DNA from: Candidatus Latescibacterota bacterium
GTDB lineage: Bacteria > Latescibacterota > UBA2968 > UBA8231
Assembly: GCA_965206595.1 (NCBI GenBank)
Contig: OZ242214.1
Location: 2,080,001-2,144,000 of the forward strand
Direction: 5' to 3'
DNA: 64,000 nucleotides
Below the pieces are notes generated by a model. It searched no databases, was not told the DNA's origin, and was given only the letters and a program-made list of their open reading frames with translations. How positions within the stretch are numbered: the first letter of the stretch is position 1; each line of letters starts with the position of its first letter. Positions 51,211 through 60,654 of the stretch are shown one piece after another. The position numbers and the translations under genes are program-made.

Positions 51211-51357
51211 TCTATAATTTAGCCGCGACTAAATCGCCCTTTCCGAATAATCAAATAAGAACTCAAACGGATATTAGTATACATACGATCCCCTCATATA
51301 CAATTGGGCAGGTGATTTCGAAACCTATTGTTTTTAATGAGGTTAGTAATACTTCCG

Positions 51358-51742
51358 CAACTGCCGGGAGGCGTTCGAGTTCTACCGGTCCGTATTCGGG
51401 GGTGAGTTCGCGTTCATCGACACCTTCGCGAACGGTCCTGAGGACTTCGAGGTTCCCGAGGAGGAGCTCGACAACATCATGCACGTCTCCCTTCCCATCG
51501 GAACGAGCGTGCTGATGGGAAGCGACGTCCCGTCGAGCTTCGGGCCTGCGAACATGGGCAACAATTTCTCCATCTCCTGCCAGACCCAGAGCCGTGAGGA
51601 GACCGACAAGCTGTTCGCCAGGATCTCGGAGGGCGGGGCCGTGACATGTCCGCTCGCCGACATGTTCTGGGGGGCGTACTTCGGCTCCTGCACCGACAAG
51701 TTCGGCATCAACTGGCAGTTCAACTGCGAGCACAAGGAGTAG
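51358..51742 (+). pseudogene. PhnB/VOC family protein lacking its first residues
   Basis: NCREAFEFYRSVFGGE..IMHVSL..MFWGAYFG..DKFGINWQ; begins abruptly at the AT-rich island edge. Confidence 0.75.
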
Positions 51743-51778
51743 GGATTCCCCATCCGGGGCATGGGGCTGACCTGACCA

Positions 51779-51860
51779 ATGGAAGGCCTCGAGTTTCACC
51801 CGGTCGACGGCGAGCGCTGGAACGACCTGGAGCGCCTGTTCGAGGCCAGGGGCGGCAGCA
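51779..51860 (+). pseudogene. GNAT-like N-terminal fragment
   Basis: MEGLEFHPVDGERWNDLERLFEARGG, then homology is lost. Confidence 0.4.
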
Positions 51861-51932
51861 GGGGTCGGGGTCGTGTTTGTCGCCGCCCCATCCCATTCCT
51901 CCCTTCCATCCCCGAAACAGAAAGCCTCAACC

Positions 51933-52736
51933 ATGTCTGACGTCCCTCGCTCCATCGAGTTGGAGATCGAAGTTACCGGCAGCCCTGAAGAGGTGTGGCG
52001 CGCCATCGCCACCGGTCCGGGCATCTCCTCGTGGTACGTCCCCCACACCGTCGAGGAGCGCGAGGGAGGGGCGGCTGCCGTCTCCTTCGGCCCCTCCCCG
52101 GAGATGCGGGTCGAGGGGAGGGTCGCTGCCTGGGAGCCGCCCCGCCGGGTGCTTTTCGACGGCGGCGAGGATGTCGAGGGGCTGGCGTTCGAGTGGTCGG
52201 TCGAAGCCGGCAGCGGCAGTTGCTGCGTCGTGCGGCTCGTCAACACCGGTTTCGGCAGCGGCGGGGAGTGGGACGCCCAGTACGAGGACATGGTGAAGGG
52301 CTGGCAGCTGTTCCTGCTCAACCTCAGGCTGCACCTGGAGCACTTCCGCGGGCAGACCGCCTGGGCGGCCCTGCCCACGGCGATCTGGCCCGGACCGCGA
52401 GAAAAAGCCTGGACCACCCTCGCCGATGCGCTGGGCATCCCCGCCGCCCCCGCGGTCGGCGAGCGGATCGAGGTCAGCGGATCGGGCGCCCCTGCCCTGG
52501 CTGGCACGGTCGCCGACCGCGCCCCGTGGCGGCTCGCCCTGCTGCTCGAGGAACCGGCGCCCGGTACGGCTTTTCTGGCTGTGGAGGGCAGCGGCCAACA
52601 GGTCAGCGTTTCGATCTGGTCCTACCTGTATGGAAAGGAAGGCATCGCTGCCGCGGAACGGGACGAACCGGCCTGGAGACAGTGGCTTGCCGAACGCGGC
52701 CTGCATCCATCACCCCCGAATCCGGATTCCGCCTGA
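51933..52736 (+). CDS. SRPBCC/AHSA1-domain protein
   Basis: SPEEVWRAIATGPGISSW, WEPPRR, GW..FL.NL. Confidence 0.85.
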   Translation: MSDVPRSIELEIEVTGSPEEVWRAIATGPGISSWYVPHTVEEREGGAAAVSFGPSPEMRVEGRVAAWEPPRRVLFDGGEDVEGLAFEWSVEAGSGSCCVVRLVNTGFGSGGEWDAQYEDMVKGWQLFLLNLRLHLEHFRGQTAWAALPTAIWPGPREKAWTTLADALGIPAAPAVGERIEVSGSGAPALAGTVADRAPWRLALLLEEPAPGTAFLAVEGSGQQVSVSIWSYLYGKEGIAAAERDEPAWRQWLAERGLHPSPPNPDSA

Positions 52737-52851
52737 GGACGGACACTCCCGGTGGAAGTCGGCTATCGGGGAACCGCTGCCGCAAGACCGGTCTCATCCC
52801 AAGGGAGCCGAGCCGTCCCTGAATCAGTCGCCACCCGACAGGAGGGACACT

Positions 52852-53172
52852 ATGGCGAAATACCTGTTCCGCACGAAATACACGAAGGCCGGTCTCGAGG
52901 GCTTGCTCAGGGAGGGGGGCACCGGACGACGAGAGGCTTTGCGGCAGACCATCGAGGGGGCGGGCGGTGCCCTCGAGGGCTTCTACTACGCCTTCGGTGA
53001 CGACGATCTCCTTCTGATCGCCGAGCTCGCCGACGAGGCGACGGCAGCGGCCGTCTCCCTCAACATTGGGGCCGCGGGCGCCTTGGAGGTCGCCGTTACG
53101 GTCCTGATCGCGCCGGAAACTATCGACGAGGCGGTAAAGAAGGGCGTGCCCTACCGGGTTCCAGGAGCATGA
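52852..53172 (+). CDS. GYD-domain protein
   Basis: MAKYL..YT..G..GL..R..IE.AGG.LE.FYYAFGDDD; GGAGG RBS. Confidence 0.82.
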   Translation: MAKYLFRTKYTKAGLEGLLREGGTGRREALRQTIEGAGGALEGFYYAFGDDDLLLIAELADEATAAAVSLNIGAAGALEVAVTVLIAPETIDEAVKKGVPYRVPGA

Positions 53173-53756
53173 ATTTCCGCGCCGGTGCCGCTTGGCGCCG
53201 GCGCATCCGGGACCACCGCAGGGACCATCCCCGCCGCTGGTCTCGCGAGAAAGCGGAAACAGCCTGCGGCGTCCTTGTGCCAGCATCGGTATCGGCGCGA
53301 CTCGGGGATTGGCCGCAGGCGCTTTCCGGGCGAAACCGCTAACGGCCAGGGGGGAACCCTCGCCGGTCTGTGAGCGTCGGACCTGCCAGAAGCGGAAGAA
53401 TTCCCCGTGTCTGCGCAGGGAGACAAGCATCTGAATCGGAACGGGCGTTCCATGCAAATTGCCACGGTCGATTCGCTCGGGGAGACCGACTGTTGGTTTC
53501 CTATCCCCCCTCAGGAGTCCACGAAGCGCATCGGTCGAATATACGGCGGCAAGGATGGGCCGAGAGCCGAAGGTCTCACCGCGGCTACTGCGAGCAAGAT
53601 TGAAGCGCCCGCCTCGCCTTCATCTGTCGGCCCTATATTTTGCATAAAACAGCATTCTTGACTTGGAGTAACTCAGTGCCATCTTCCACTGAATCGCCCG
53701 GTGATCGAGGTAGCCAACCGCCAACCATCGAACGACCTCCATTTCCTTCAGACACA

Positions 53757-54506
53757 GTGAAAAAATACCCCAAGGCACCTGTATCCGAGGTGATTTTTGG
53801 CGTGACCTTTTCGGATGCACGTCTATCCACAAGGGACCTGTTTGACGCACAGCAGTCCCTATCGGACGAATACCCGCGAGTAGAAATCCTCCCCCCTCTT
53901 GTCGACGAAACGATGTCCGGATTCCAGATAACCCAGGAACTGAACCCCGAAAGGATGGGGTCTGTTCTCATTCGTCTGCGCAGCGACCACTGGATGTGCC
54001 AAGTTCAGGCGAATAAAATCTATCTCAACTGGATTCGTCCGGACCATGAACCAGTCGGCAACTATCCGGGTTACACCGCCATATATCGCAGATTTGGGAA
54101 GGCGCTCGACGCACTGAGCCTTTCTTCCGCAGATTTCACGACGGATTCAGTCAAATACTACGACCTCAGCTATCATGATCGTCTTGAGTGGCAGGAGTAC
54201 ATCGCCAGCCTGAGTGATGTCCACAGAATCATGCGCCTCAAACCTCCGGAAATCGAAACCATAGAGGGACTCAACAATTTAATCTCACGCTATACCTACA
54301 GGTATGATCCCCTGGGCGGATACGGCATCTTTGCGGTGAACACGGCCACTGACGCCAGGGGAAAACAGGTCCTTCGGATCGAGAGCATCCTTCGCGGTAT
54401 CACCCCACGCCACTCCAGTGACACCTGGTTCACCGAGGCACACATGGTCCAGTACGATCATTTCAGCAGGATTTTCACGCCGGAGATTCTTGCGCAATGG
54501 ATCTAG
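53757..54506 (+). CDS. TIGR04255-like family protein
   Basis: YPKAPVSEVIFGVTF N-terminus, QVQ.N..LNW, YPGY, L.Y.DR, F..IFTPE..W; start codon uncertain. Confidence 0.75.
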   Translation: MKKYPKAPVSEVIFGVTFSDARLSTRDLFDAQQSLSDEYPRVEILPPLVDETMSGFQITQELNPERMGSVLIRLRSDHWMCQVQANKIYLNWIRPDHEPVGNYPGYTAIYRRFGKALDALSLSSADFTTDSVKYYDLSYHDRLEWQEYIASLSDVHRIMRLKPPEIETIEGLNNLISRYTYRYDPLGGYGIFAVNTATDARGKQVLRIESILRGITPRHSSDTWFTEAHMVQYDHFSRIFTPEILAQWI

Positions 54507-55090
54507 ACACAGTCAACGTCGGATACGTAACAGAATCGCCATCTGTATTTCACGAAGACAGGACGGGATCTTTCGATTCACTGGACCCGACTCCTGTTTC
54601 AGTTTTTGGTGCGAAGGCCGCCCCGGCTACCTCGGATATTTCCGGCCTTGGGGCTGTCTCTGACCTTGGTCGTGGCCGGTCAGCGGACTGGAAAGAAACC
54701 GGACTTCGAAATTTCGCCTCTCTCGTGTCCAACAGGTTCAGCTACCTCGGAGGATTGCAGGATCTCGAACCAGACTGGGTTTCCGGTGGGGCAGTCAAGC
54801 CATCTCCCTCTGCACTTTTCCTTTCCCAGAAATTGCTTGTCTCCATCAGCAAGAAGGTTATCAGTGAAGAAGTCAGCCTCATTCCGAGGATAGTTATGGG
54901 CCCTATCCCAAGTGGAGGAATAATCGTTGAACTCCATGCGGATGACGAAAATGCCATCAACGTGACTATCACGAACGAGGATCGCGTAGAGCTGGAAGTG
55001 CTCTACAGCGGCTGCTATTTCGACGTCAACATATCGAGAAGCGAGTTGATCGGCATGGTATCCGCTCAATATGCCTCCATCTCCCGGTAG
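54497..55090 (+). CDS. Hypothetical protein (middle gene of the cassette)
   Basis: Overlaps both neighbours; L..L..DW.SGGA..P and P.P.GGI..E motifs. Confidence 0.65.
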   Translation: MDLDTVNVGYVTESPSVFHEDRTGSFDSLDPTPVSVFGAKAAPATSDISGLGAVSDLGRGRSADWKETGLRNFASLVSNRFSYLGGLQDLEPDWVSGGAVKPSPSALFLSQKLLVSISKKVISEEVSLIPRIVMGPIPSGGIIVELHADDENAINVTITNEDRVELEVLYSGCYFDVNISRSELIGMVSAQYASISR

Positions 55091-55478
55091 TGAGATCCCC
55101 AACGGAGAGGTGTTATACAGATGGTGTCGCAGCGATGCCTTTCCGAAAGACCAAGTGGAAATACCCGCCTCGCTGTTTAGTGATATCGAGCTCTCCTGTG
55201 ACTGGGCGAGGTTCCGTCCAGATCCTTCGACATCCTTCCACGTTGTAGAAGGAAAGACCCGAGTGATTGAAATCTCGGTTTGTGACCAGATCAAGAATCC
55301 TCGCAATCCCAAACGAAAAGGCGAGATAGTCCCGGCTTGGAAGCAACAAATTATGTACGATCCAATTGAGGATCCTGTTCATGGCCCAAACGATGCCCAT
55401 TCCCTGATAAAGGGACGCAAGAAAATGGCAGTCCGCGACGCTATCGTTGCGAATTCCAACTGGCGGGACATCGAATAG
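55071..55478 (+). CDS. Small protein with ADP-ribosyltransferase-like motif order
   Basis: EVLYR..F..ELSCDW..P.N.AHSLI.G; fold assignment is inference. Confidence 0.55.
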   Translation: MPPSPGSEIPNGEVLYRWCRSDAFPKDQVEIPASLFSDIELSCDWARFRPDPSTSFHVVEGKTRVIEISVCDQIKNPRNPKRKGEIVPAWKQQIMYDPIEDPVHGPNDAHSLIKGRKKMAVRDAIVANSNWRDIE

Positions 55479-55535
55479 GAGGCTCTGGTCCCCGACGATC
55501 CTTCCAAAGGCCGCTAATCCGGCGATCTCCCGCCC

Positions 55536-55964
55536 TCACCCCAGCTGCAGCAGCTCCAGCCAGTTGCCGTCCGGGTCCTGCAGGTAGCAGCCGAAGCGGC
55601 CGGGCGCCAGCTCGGCCGGCGGGTTCATCACCCTGGCGCCGCCCTGCTCCAGGCGCCGGAAGGTTTCCTCGATATCCTCCACCTCGAAGGCGAGGTGGGC
55701 AGCTCCCAGGACGTTGCGCTCTTCCGAGGGCCTTGCGGCCGGCGCCGGGTTCAGGTACTGGATCAGCTCGAGAATGTGTCCTCCCCCGAGGTCGAGGACG
55801 GCCGACCGCAGCTCGGTGCCCTCGTACCCGACGACCTGGTCGACGCCGGGTCCCTTGCGTCCGTACTCGCTGATCACGCTCAGTCCGACCACGTCCCTGT
55901 AGAAGGCGACCGCGGCGGCGCGGTCGCGGACGACGAATCCGGTGTGGTTCAACGCTTTTATCAT
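55536..55964 (-). CDS. VOC/glyoxalase family protein
   Basis: NHTGFVV.D..FYRD..HLAFEVED..QDPDGNWLEL. Confidence 0.9.
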   Translation of the reverse strand: MIKALNHTGFVVRDRAAAVAFYRDVVGLSVISEYGRKGPGVDQVVGYEGTELRSAVLDLGGGHILELIQYLNPAPAARPSEERNVLGAAHLAFEVEDIEETFRRLEQGGARVMNPPAELAPGRFGCYLQDPDGNWLELLQLG

Positions 55965-56205
55965 GTCCTGCTCCTGTCGGCAGTCAGCGCCGAGAGACGA
56001 TGCCCGGTGCTTGACTCAGCTTGAATCCCCCCCGCCCTTGTTAAGTGCTCGGGCTTGTCGAGGCATGCCCAGGCTCCGGTGCCCGTGTGAATCGGGCGAG
56101 ACCGCAATCCCTGGGGAACCCCGGCCCTGCCCCGAGTCCACCCCGGGAGCACTCCATCAAGGGCCTGTGGTCCGCATCGGCGAGCCGGCCGCCTCCGCGG
56201 CTTGA

Positions 56206-57147
56206 TCACTCCGGGAACCGGTCGATGCTGGAAAGGGCGTGCGCGAGGCGGCGGCCCAGGGCCGCGACCCTCTCCTCGTCCCACTTGTAGAATCCCCTTC
56301 CCGACTTCACCCCGAAATCTCCGCGGGCGACCATCTCCTTGAGCACCGGGAAATTCTCCGGGCTGGTGTCGAGGTCGGGGAACAGCTCGTCGATGATGTG
56401 GGAGATGGTGTCCCAGCCGGCGAAGTCGAAGACCTCGAGAGGGCCGGCGACCGCGAGCCGGCGGCCGAAACTGGTCCTGACGACGGCGTCGACGTCCTCG
56501 GGAGTGGCGATCCCCTGGTCGACGATGGCCAGGGCTTCCCTCAGCAGCGCGAACTGCATGCGGTTGCCGATGAATCCCAGCGACTCCTTCTGCAGCACGA
56601 TCGGCCGCTTGCCGGCCGCCTCCAGGAAGCCGCAGAGCACGGCGATGGTCTCGTCGCTCGTCTCCGGGCCGCGCACCACTTCCACGAGCGGCACCAGGTA
56701 GGCCGGGTTCCACCAGTTGGCGACCACCACCCGGTCCGGCCTCCCCGTCGAGGGAGCTAGCTGGCTGGTCATGAAAGAGGAGGTGTTGCTAGCCAGCACC
56801 GCATGCGGCGGGCAGTGACGGTCGAGGTCGGCGAACACCTTCTGCTTGAGCGCGAGGTCTTCGTACACCGCCTCGACCACCAGGCCGGCGTCGGCCCCGG
56901 CCTCGGGAAGCGAGGTGGTCGTGCGGATGCGCCCCGGAGCCGCGGCGGCCTCGGCCTCGTCGACAATCCCCTGCTGCCGCAGGGTATCGAGCGCCGCCCG
57001 TATGTCGGCGAGCGCCTTTTCCAGCTGTTCGCCGGTGGTGTCGTGGAGCGCCACCTCGAAGCCGGCCACGGCGAACTGCAGGGCGATGCCGTGACCCATC
57101 AGCCCGGCGCCGATGACGCTGACGTTCCCTGCTTCTTCAACTTTCAT
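56206..57147 (-). CDS. 3-hydroxyacyl-CoA dehydrogenase family
   Basis: GAGLMGHGIA, EAVYEDL..K, ASNTSS, NP..LVEVV, GFIGNR, GVKSGRGFY. Confidence 0.92.
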   Translation of the reverse strand: MKVEEAGNVSVIGAGLMGHGIALQFAVAGFEVALHDTTGEQLEKALADIRAALDTLRQQGIVDEAEAAAAPGRIRTTTSLPEAGADAGLVVEAVYEDLALKQKVFADLDRHCPPHAVLASNTSSFMTSQLAPSTGRPDRVVVANWWNPAYLVPLVEVVRGPETSDETIAVLCGFLEAAGKRPIVLQKESLGFIGNRMQFALLREALAIVDQGIATPEDVDAVVRTSFGRRLAVAGPLEVFDFAGWDTISHIIDELFPDLDTSPENFPVLKEMVARGDFGVKSGRGFYKWDEERVAALGRRLAHALSSIDRFPE

Positions 57148-57316
57148 CGATTGCGTCCCTCACTTTCTCTGTTGGCAGGCCGTAGAGCGGGATGAGGATG
57201 AGTTGTCCCGGGGGGGCCCCATGCTGGCGGCGCTGCGAGGTGGGGTTGTAATTAGCGGCTCCGTGGTCGACTGAACGCGGGCATCATCTTCACCAGGAAG
57301 ATAGCGAGACGAGATC

Positions 57317-57997
57317 ATGCCGGAGGTGAAGGAGTTGAAGTTCACGGCTCACGAGCAGAAGGGAGAGGTCTCCGCCCTGTACCTGCGGCCCAGGGAAGCC
57401 GAGGCCCTGCTGGTGCTGGGCCACGGCGCCGGCACCAACATGCGCCACACCTTCATGGAGGAGCTGGCGCAGGCCCTTGCGGCTGCCGGGGTGGCGACCT
57501 TCCGCTACAACTACCCGTACTCGGAAAGAGGGGGCGGCGGCATGGATGCCGAAAGGGTGCGCCTCGCCACGGTGCGCGCCGCGGTGGCCGCGGCCGCCAG
57601 GCAGGCCCGCGGCCTGCCCCTGTTCGCCGGCGGGCACTCGATGAGCGGGCGCATGACCTCGATGGCCGCCGCGGAGGAGCCGCTCGACGGCCTGCGCGGA
57701 ATCCTCTTCTTCGCCTTCCCCCTGCACCCGGCGGGCAAGCCGGGAAGCGAACGCGCCGCCCACCTCGACATGGTGACCGTGCCGATGCTCTTCCTCTCCG
57801 GACCCAGGGACGCGCTGGCCGAGCGCACCCTGCTGGAGCCGGCGGTGAAGAAGCTCGGCGGGCGGGCGACCCTCCACCTCGTCGACACCGCCGACCACGG
57901 CTTCCGTGTGAGGAAGCGCGGCCGCTCCTCGACCGAGCCGGTGATGGAGGAACTGGCGCGGATGGCGGCCACATGGATGCAGCAGCAGAGCGCCTGA
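57317..57997 (+). CDS. Alpha/beta hydrolase (KANL3/Tex30-like)
   Basis: HGAG, GGHSMSGR, FPLHP, G.RD, ADHGF. Confidence 0.85.
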   Translation: MPEVKELKFTAHEQKGEVSALYLRPREAEALLVLGHGAGTNMRHTFMEELAQALAAAGVATFRYNYPYSERGGGGMDAERVRLATVRAAVAAAARQARGLPLFAGGHSMSGRMTSMAAAEEPLDGLRGILFFAFPLHPAGKPGSERAAHLDMVTVPMLFLSGPRDALAERTLLEPAVKKLGGRATLHLVDTADHGFRVRKRGRSSTEPVMEELARMAATWMQQQSA

Positions 57998-58096
57998 AGC
58001 GGCTGGCGGGACCGACGTTCTACCCGCGGATCGGCAGCCCGCATATGGGTGTTCACCGCCGGTCCCCACACTTACCGAAACCGAAAGGATAACGTT

Positions 58097-59248
58097 ATGA
58101 AGACCTATCGCGTCGGCATTCTGGGTTGCCGCGGCCGGGGTACCGCGGCCGCCCGGGCCTACCACGCCCACCCCCGCACCGAAGTCGTGGCCCTGTGCGA
58201 TCTCAAGCCCGAGCTGCTCGAAACACTGGGTGAAGAGCTCGGTGTATCCGCCCGCTTCACCGATGTCGACGAGATGATCCGGCAGAGCGAGCCGGACATC
58301 GTGGCGATTCCGACCGGCACCGAGTTCCACTACGACCTCTGCCTGCGGGTGCTGAAGCACGGGGTGCACATCGAGGTGGAGAAGCCGATCTGCGTCGACC
58401 TCGAGCAGGCGGACGCGGTGTTGGAAAAGGCCGCGGCAAAGGGGGTGCGCACCGCCGTCCACCACCAGGGGCGGACCGGACCGGCCATGCAGGCGATGGC
58501 CCGGGCCCTGCGCGAGGGGCGCATCGGCACCCTCCGCCACATCGTCGCCAGCGGCAAGGGGTACTACGGCGGCTACGGGCTGATGAACATCGGCACCCAC
58601 TTGCTGAACGGAGTCCTCGAGCTGGCCGGGCCCTGCCGGCGGGTGACCGCGAGCGCCCTGACGGACGGCCGCCCGATCACCCCCGGGGACGTGGTCCCGT
58701 CCCCAAGCGGCATGGGCACGATCGCCGGAGAGCACATCACCGCGGTCCTGGAGTTCGCGGGCAACACCACGGCCTCGCTCCTGCAGCAGCGGTTCCCTTC
58801 CGTGGATTCGTCCGCCTACGGGCTCGAGGTGTACGGCACCGAGGGACGGATGTTCTGGAAGAGCACCGGGGCCTGGTGGCTGCCGGTCCCTCACTTCGTG
58901 CCCGGGCAGGACAGCCAATGGGAGCCGCTGGAGCTGGAGCATCCCGACCACTTCGATCCGGAGAAGTCGTCGGCCGAGGACTACGCCTTCACCGACGAGT
59001 ACGTGCGCGCCCTCGACGAAGGGCGGGAGCACCTGTGCAGCGGGTCCGAGGGCCGGCACGTGCTGGAGATGCTGATGGGGATCTTCGAATCGGCGGCCTA
59101 CGGAAGGCCGGTGGACCTGCCCCAGCAGGGGCGGGAGCATCCGCTGCTGCGCTGGCGCGCCGAGGCCGGGTTGGAGCCGCCGGCGGCGATGCCGCGGCCC
59201 TACTGGGATTGGCTCGAGGCGGAGGACAGGCGCCTGGGCCGAGGCTGA
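58097..59248 (+). CDS. Gfo/Idh/MocA oxidoreductase
   Basis: GILGCRGRG, VEKP, GTH, YGTEG. Confidence 0.9.
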   Translation: MKTYRVGILGCRGRGTAAARAYHAHPRTEVVALCDLKPELLETLGEELGVSARFTDVDEMIRQSEPDIVAIPTGTEFHYDLCLRVLKHGVHIEVEKPICVDLEQADAVLEKAAAKGVRTAVHHQGRTGPAMQAMARALREGRIGTLRHIVASGKGYYGGYGLMNIGTHLLNGVLELAGPCRRVTASALTDGRPITPGDVVPSPSGMGTIAGEHITAVLEFAGNTTASLLQQRFPSVDSSAYGLEVYGTEGRMFWKSTGAWWLPVPHFVPGQDSQWEPLELEHPDHFDPEKSSAEDYAFTDEYVRALDEGREHLCSGSEGRHVLEMLMGIFESAAYGRPVDLPQQGREHPLLRWRAEAGLEPPAAMPRPYWDWLEAEDRRLGRG

Positions 59249-59397
59249 AGGAGCGGGTCCACCCTGGGCCACGTCCCGGCGGGTTTCCAGAGGGCTTCGG
59301 GCAGCAGGGGGCTCGCCGGGCAAGTTCACTCACAGGTAGCCCGGCCCCCAGGACCGTTCGCCCTGGTGCCCCGTCAGAGACAGGAACAATGCCATCT

Positions 59398-60549
59398 TCA
59401 GGCATCGGTTGGCCGCATAGAATCAAATCTGAACGTTAATTCCGCCGGTCTGGTGCCCTTCTCCATGGCGTGTCCGAGATAACGACCTGTTCTCCACTCC
59501 TCCGGGTAATCACCCACCAGGGATAAACTGTAGCAGCAGTGATGGATTCTGAGAGCCGCCAGAACTTTTTGGAAGACGGTGGTATCGTCCTTGTCTTTAA
59601 TCCCATTCACCACGAATCGGATGTTGACTCCGGGCGGAGCACCAGGTACAAACTCTTCACAATACGGGCGGTAATCCTCTTCTGCACCATGTTGTATGAA
59701 CTGCCTGGCGTCTGAAAGGCCCTCGGACAAGGCAAGGTCAGGATGTGCTGTCGCCAAGGCCAGGTAAGCCATCTTGTGTAGTGCCCGAGAGTAATGCACC
59801 GTGGCCGCTTCTTCCAAGGGTACCTTGATGGTCAGTGTGCCAGGTCCTCGTTCTAATGCAGGCATTTCCATCTTTGTATAGGGGAAATACATCTGAAACC
59901 CATCTGTCGGGTCGTTTCTCAGTATTACCTTGCCTGTACTCTCGTCCCCGAAGGTTTTTTCTTTTTTCGAGCCCATGTAGAAAGGTCGAAGGGCTCCCAG
60001 CAGGCCTAGCTTGAGTAATCGGCTCTCTGCATAAGAGCATCCGTTGTTGCAGCGCTTGCAGACTATCCCTGCCGGCAGCTTACCCCATTTGATTCCGAGG
60101 CCCTGGAGAACTACGTGCTCCTCTGCCCCATTGGACGCGGTAGTGCTTTTGCCGCAAATCAGACACTTGTCGCGGAATCTGGTCTGCAGGAAGGACTCCA
60201 GGTTCGTTACGAGATGGCGCCAGGATCCCGGGTTTAGAGCAAAATGCCTGGCAGTTCTACAGCCGCCGTCACCGATACCGAGGAAAATCTGCGTGTCGAT
60301 AGTGATAAGCGGATCACTTGCTATTTCAAAGACCGTGCTATCCTTGGGATCAAGTCCGGCAGTCTCATTCATCTGCCCAAGCAGATTATCGACTTCCTCC
60401 ATGATCGGATCCTCGATGGAAAACTCCGTGCAATCACTGCACTCCAGCACAGGTAGCTGTTTGATCACGACGATACGGTTCGGACCAAGGCGAAATGGAA
60501 GATCCGTAATAGCCGACACCAGGTGTCCTCCACAAACATGGCACTTCAC
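59398..60549 (-). CDS. YgiT-type zinc finger in frame with an HNH endonuclease domain
   Basis: VKCHVCGG..LPVLECSDC.E, then CLICGK..EEHVV..LG..VCKRCNN. Confidence 0.7.
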   Translation of the reverse strand: MKCHVCGGHLVSAITDLPFRLGPNRIVVIKQLPVLECSDCTEFSIEDPIMEEVDNLLGQMNETAGLDPKDSTVFEIASDPLITIDTQIFLGIGDGGCRTARHFALNPGSWRHLVTNLESFLQTRFRDKCLICGKSTTASNGAEEHVVLQGLGIKWGKLPAGIVCKRCNNGCSYAESRLLKLGLLGALRPFYMGSKKEKTFGDESTGKVILRNDPTDGFQMYFPYTKMEMPALERGPGTLTIKVPLEEAATVHYSRALHKMAYLALATAHPDLALSEGLSDARQFIQHGAEEDYRPYCEEFVPGAPPGVNIRFVVNGIKDKDDTTVFQKVLAALRIHHCCYSLSLVGDYPEEWRTGRYLGHAMEKGTRPAELTFRFDSMRPTDA

Positions 60550-60654
60550 GATGATTTCCTCCGCGTCTTCAAGTCCGCAGACCACTCCAAGTTACTCGGC
60601 CGATAGGTGGTTACAATCCGAACGTTTTCATCTTCCACATCTGTTGCAAAAAGA

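Noticed and set aside
53180-53750. Possible ncRNA or riboswitch upstream of the TIGR04255-like cassette
   Set aside because: Only short hairpins and no recognisable family motif; no tRNA or rRNA was recognised anywhere in the window.
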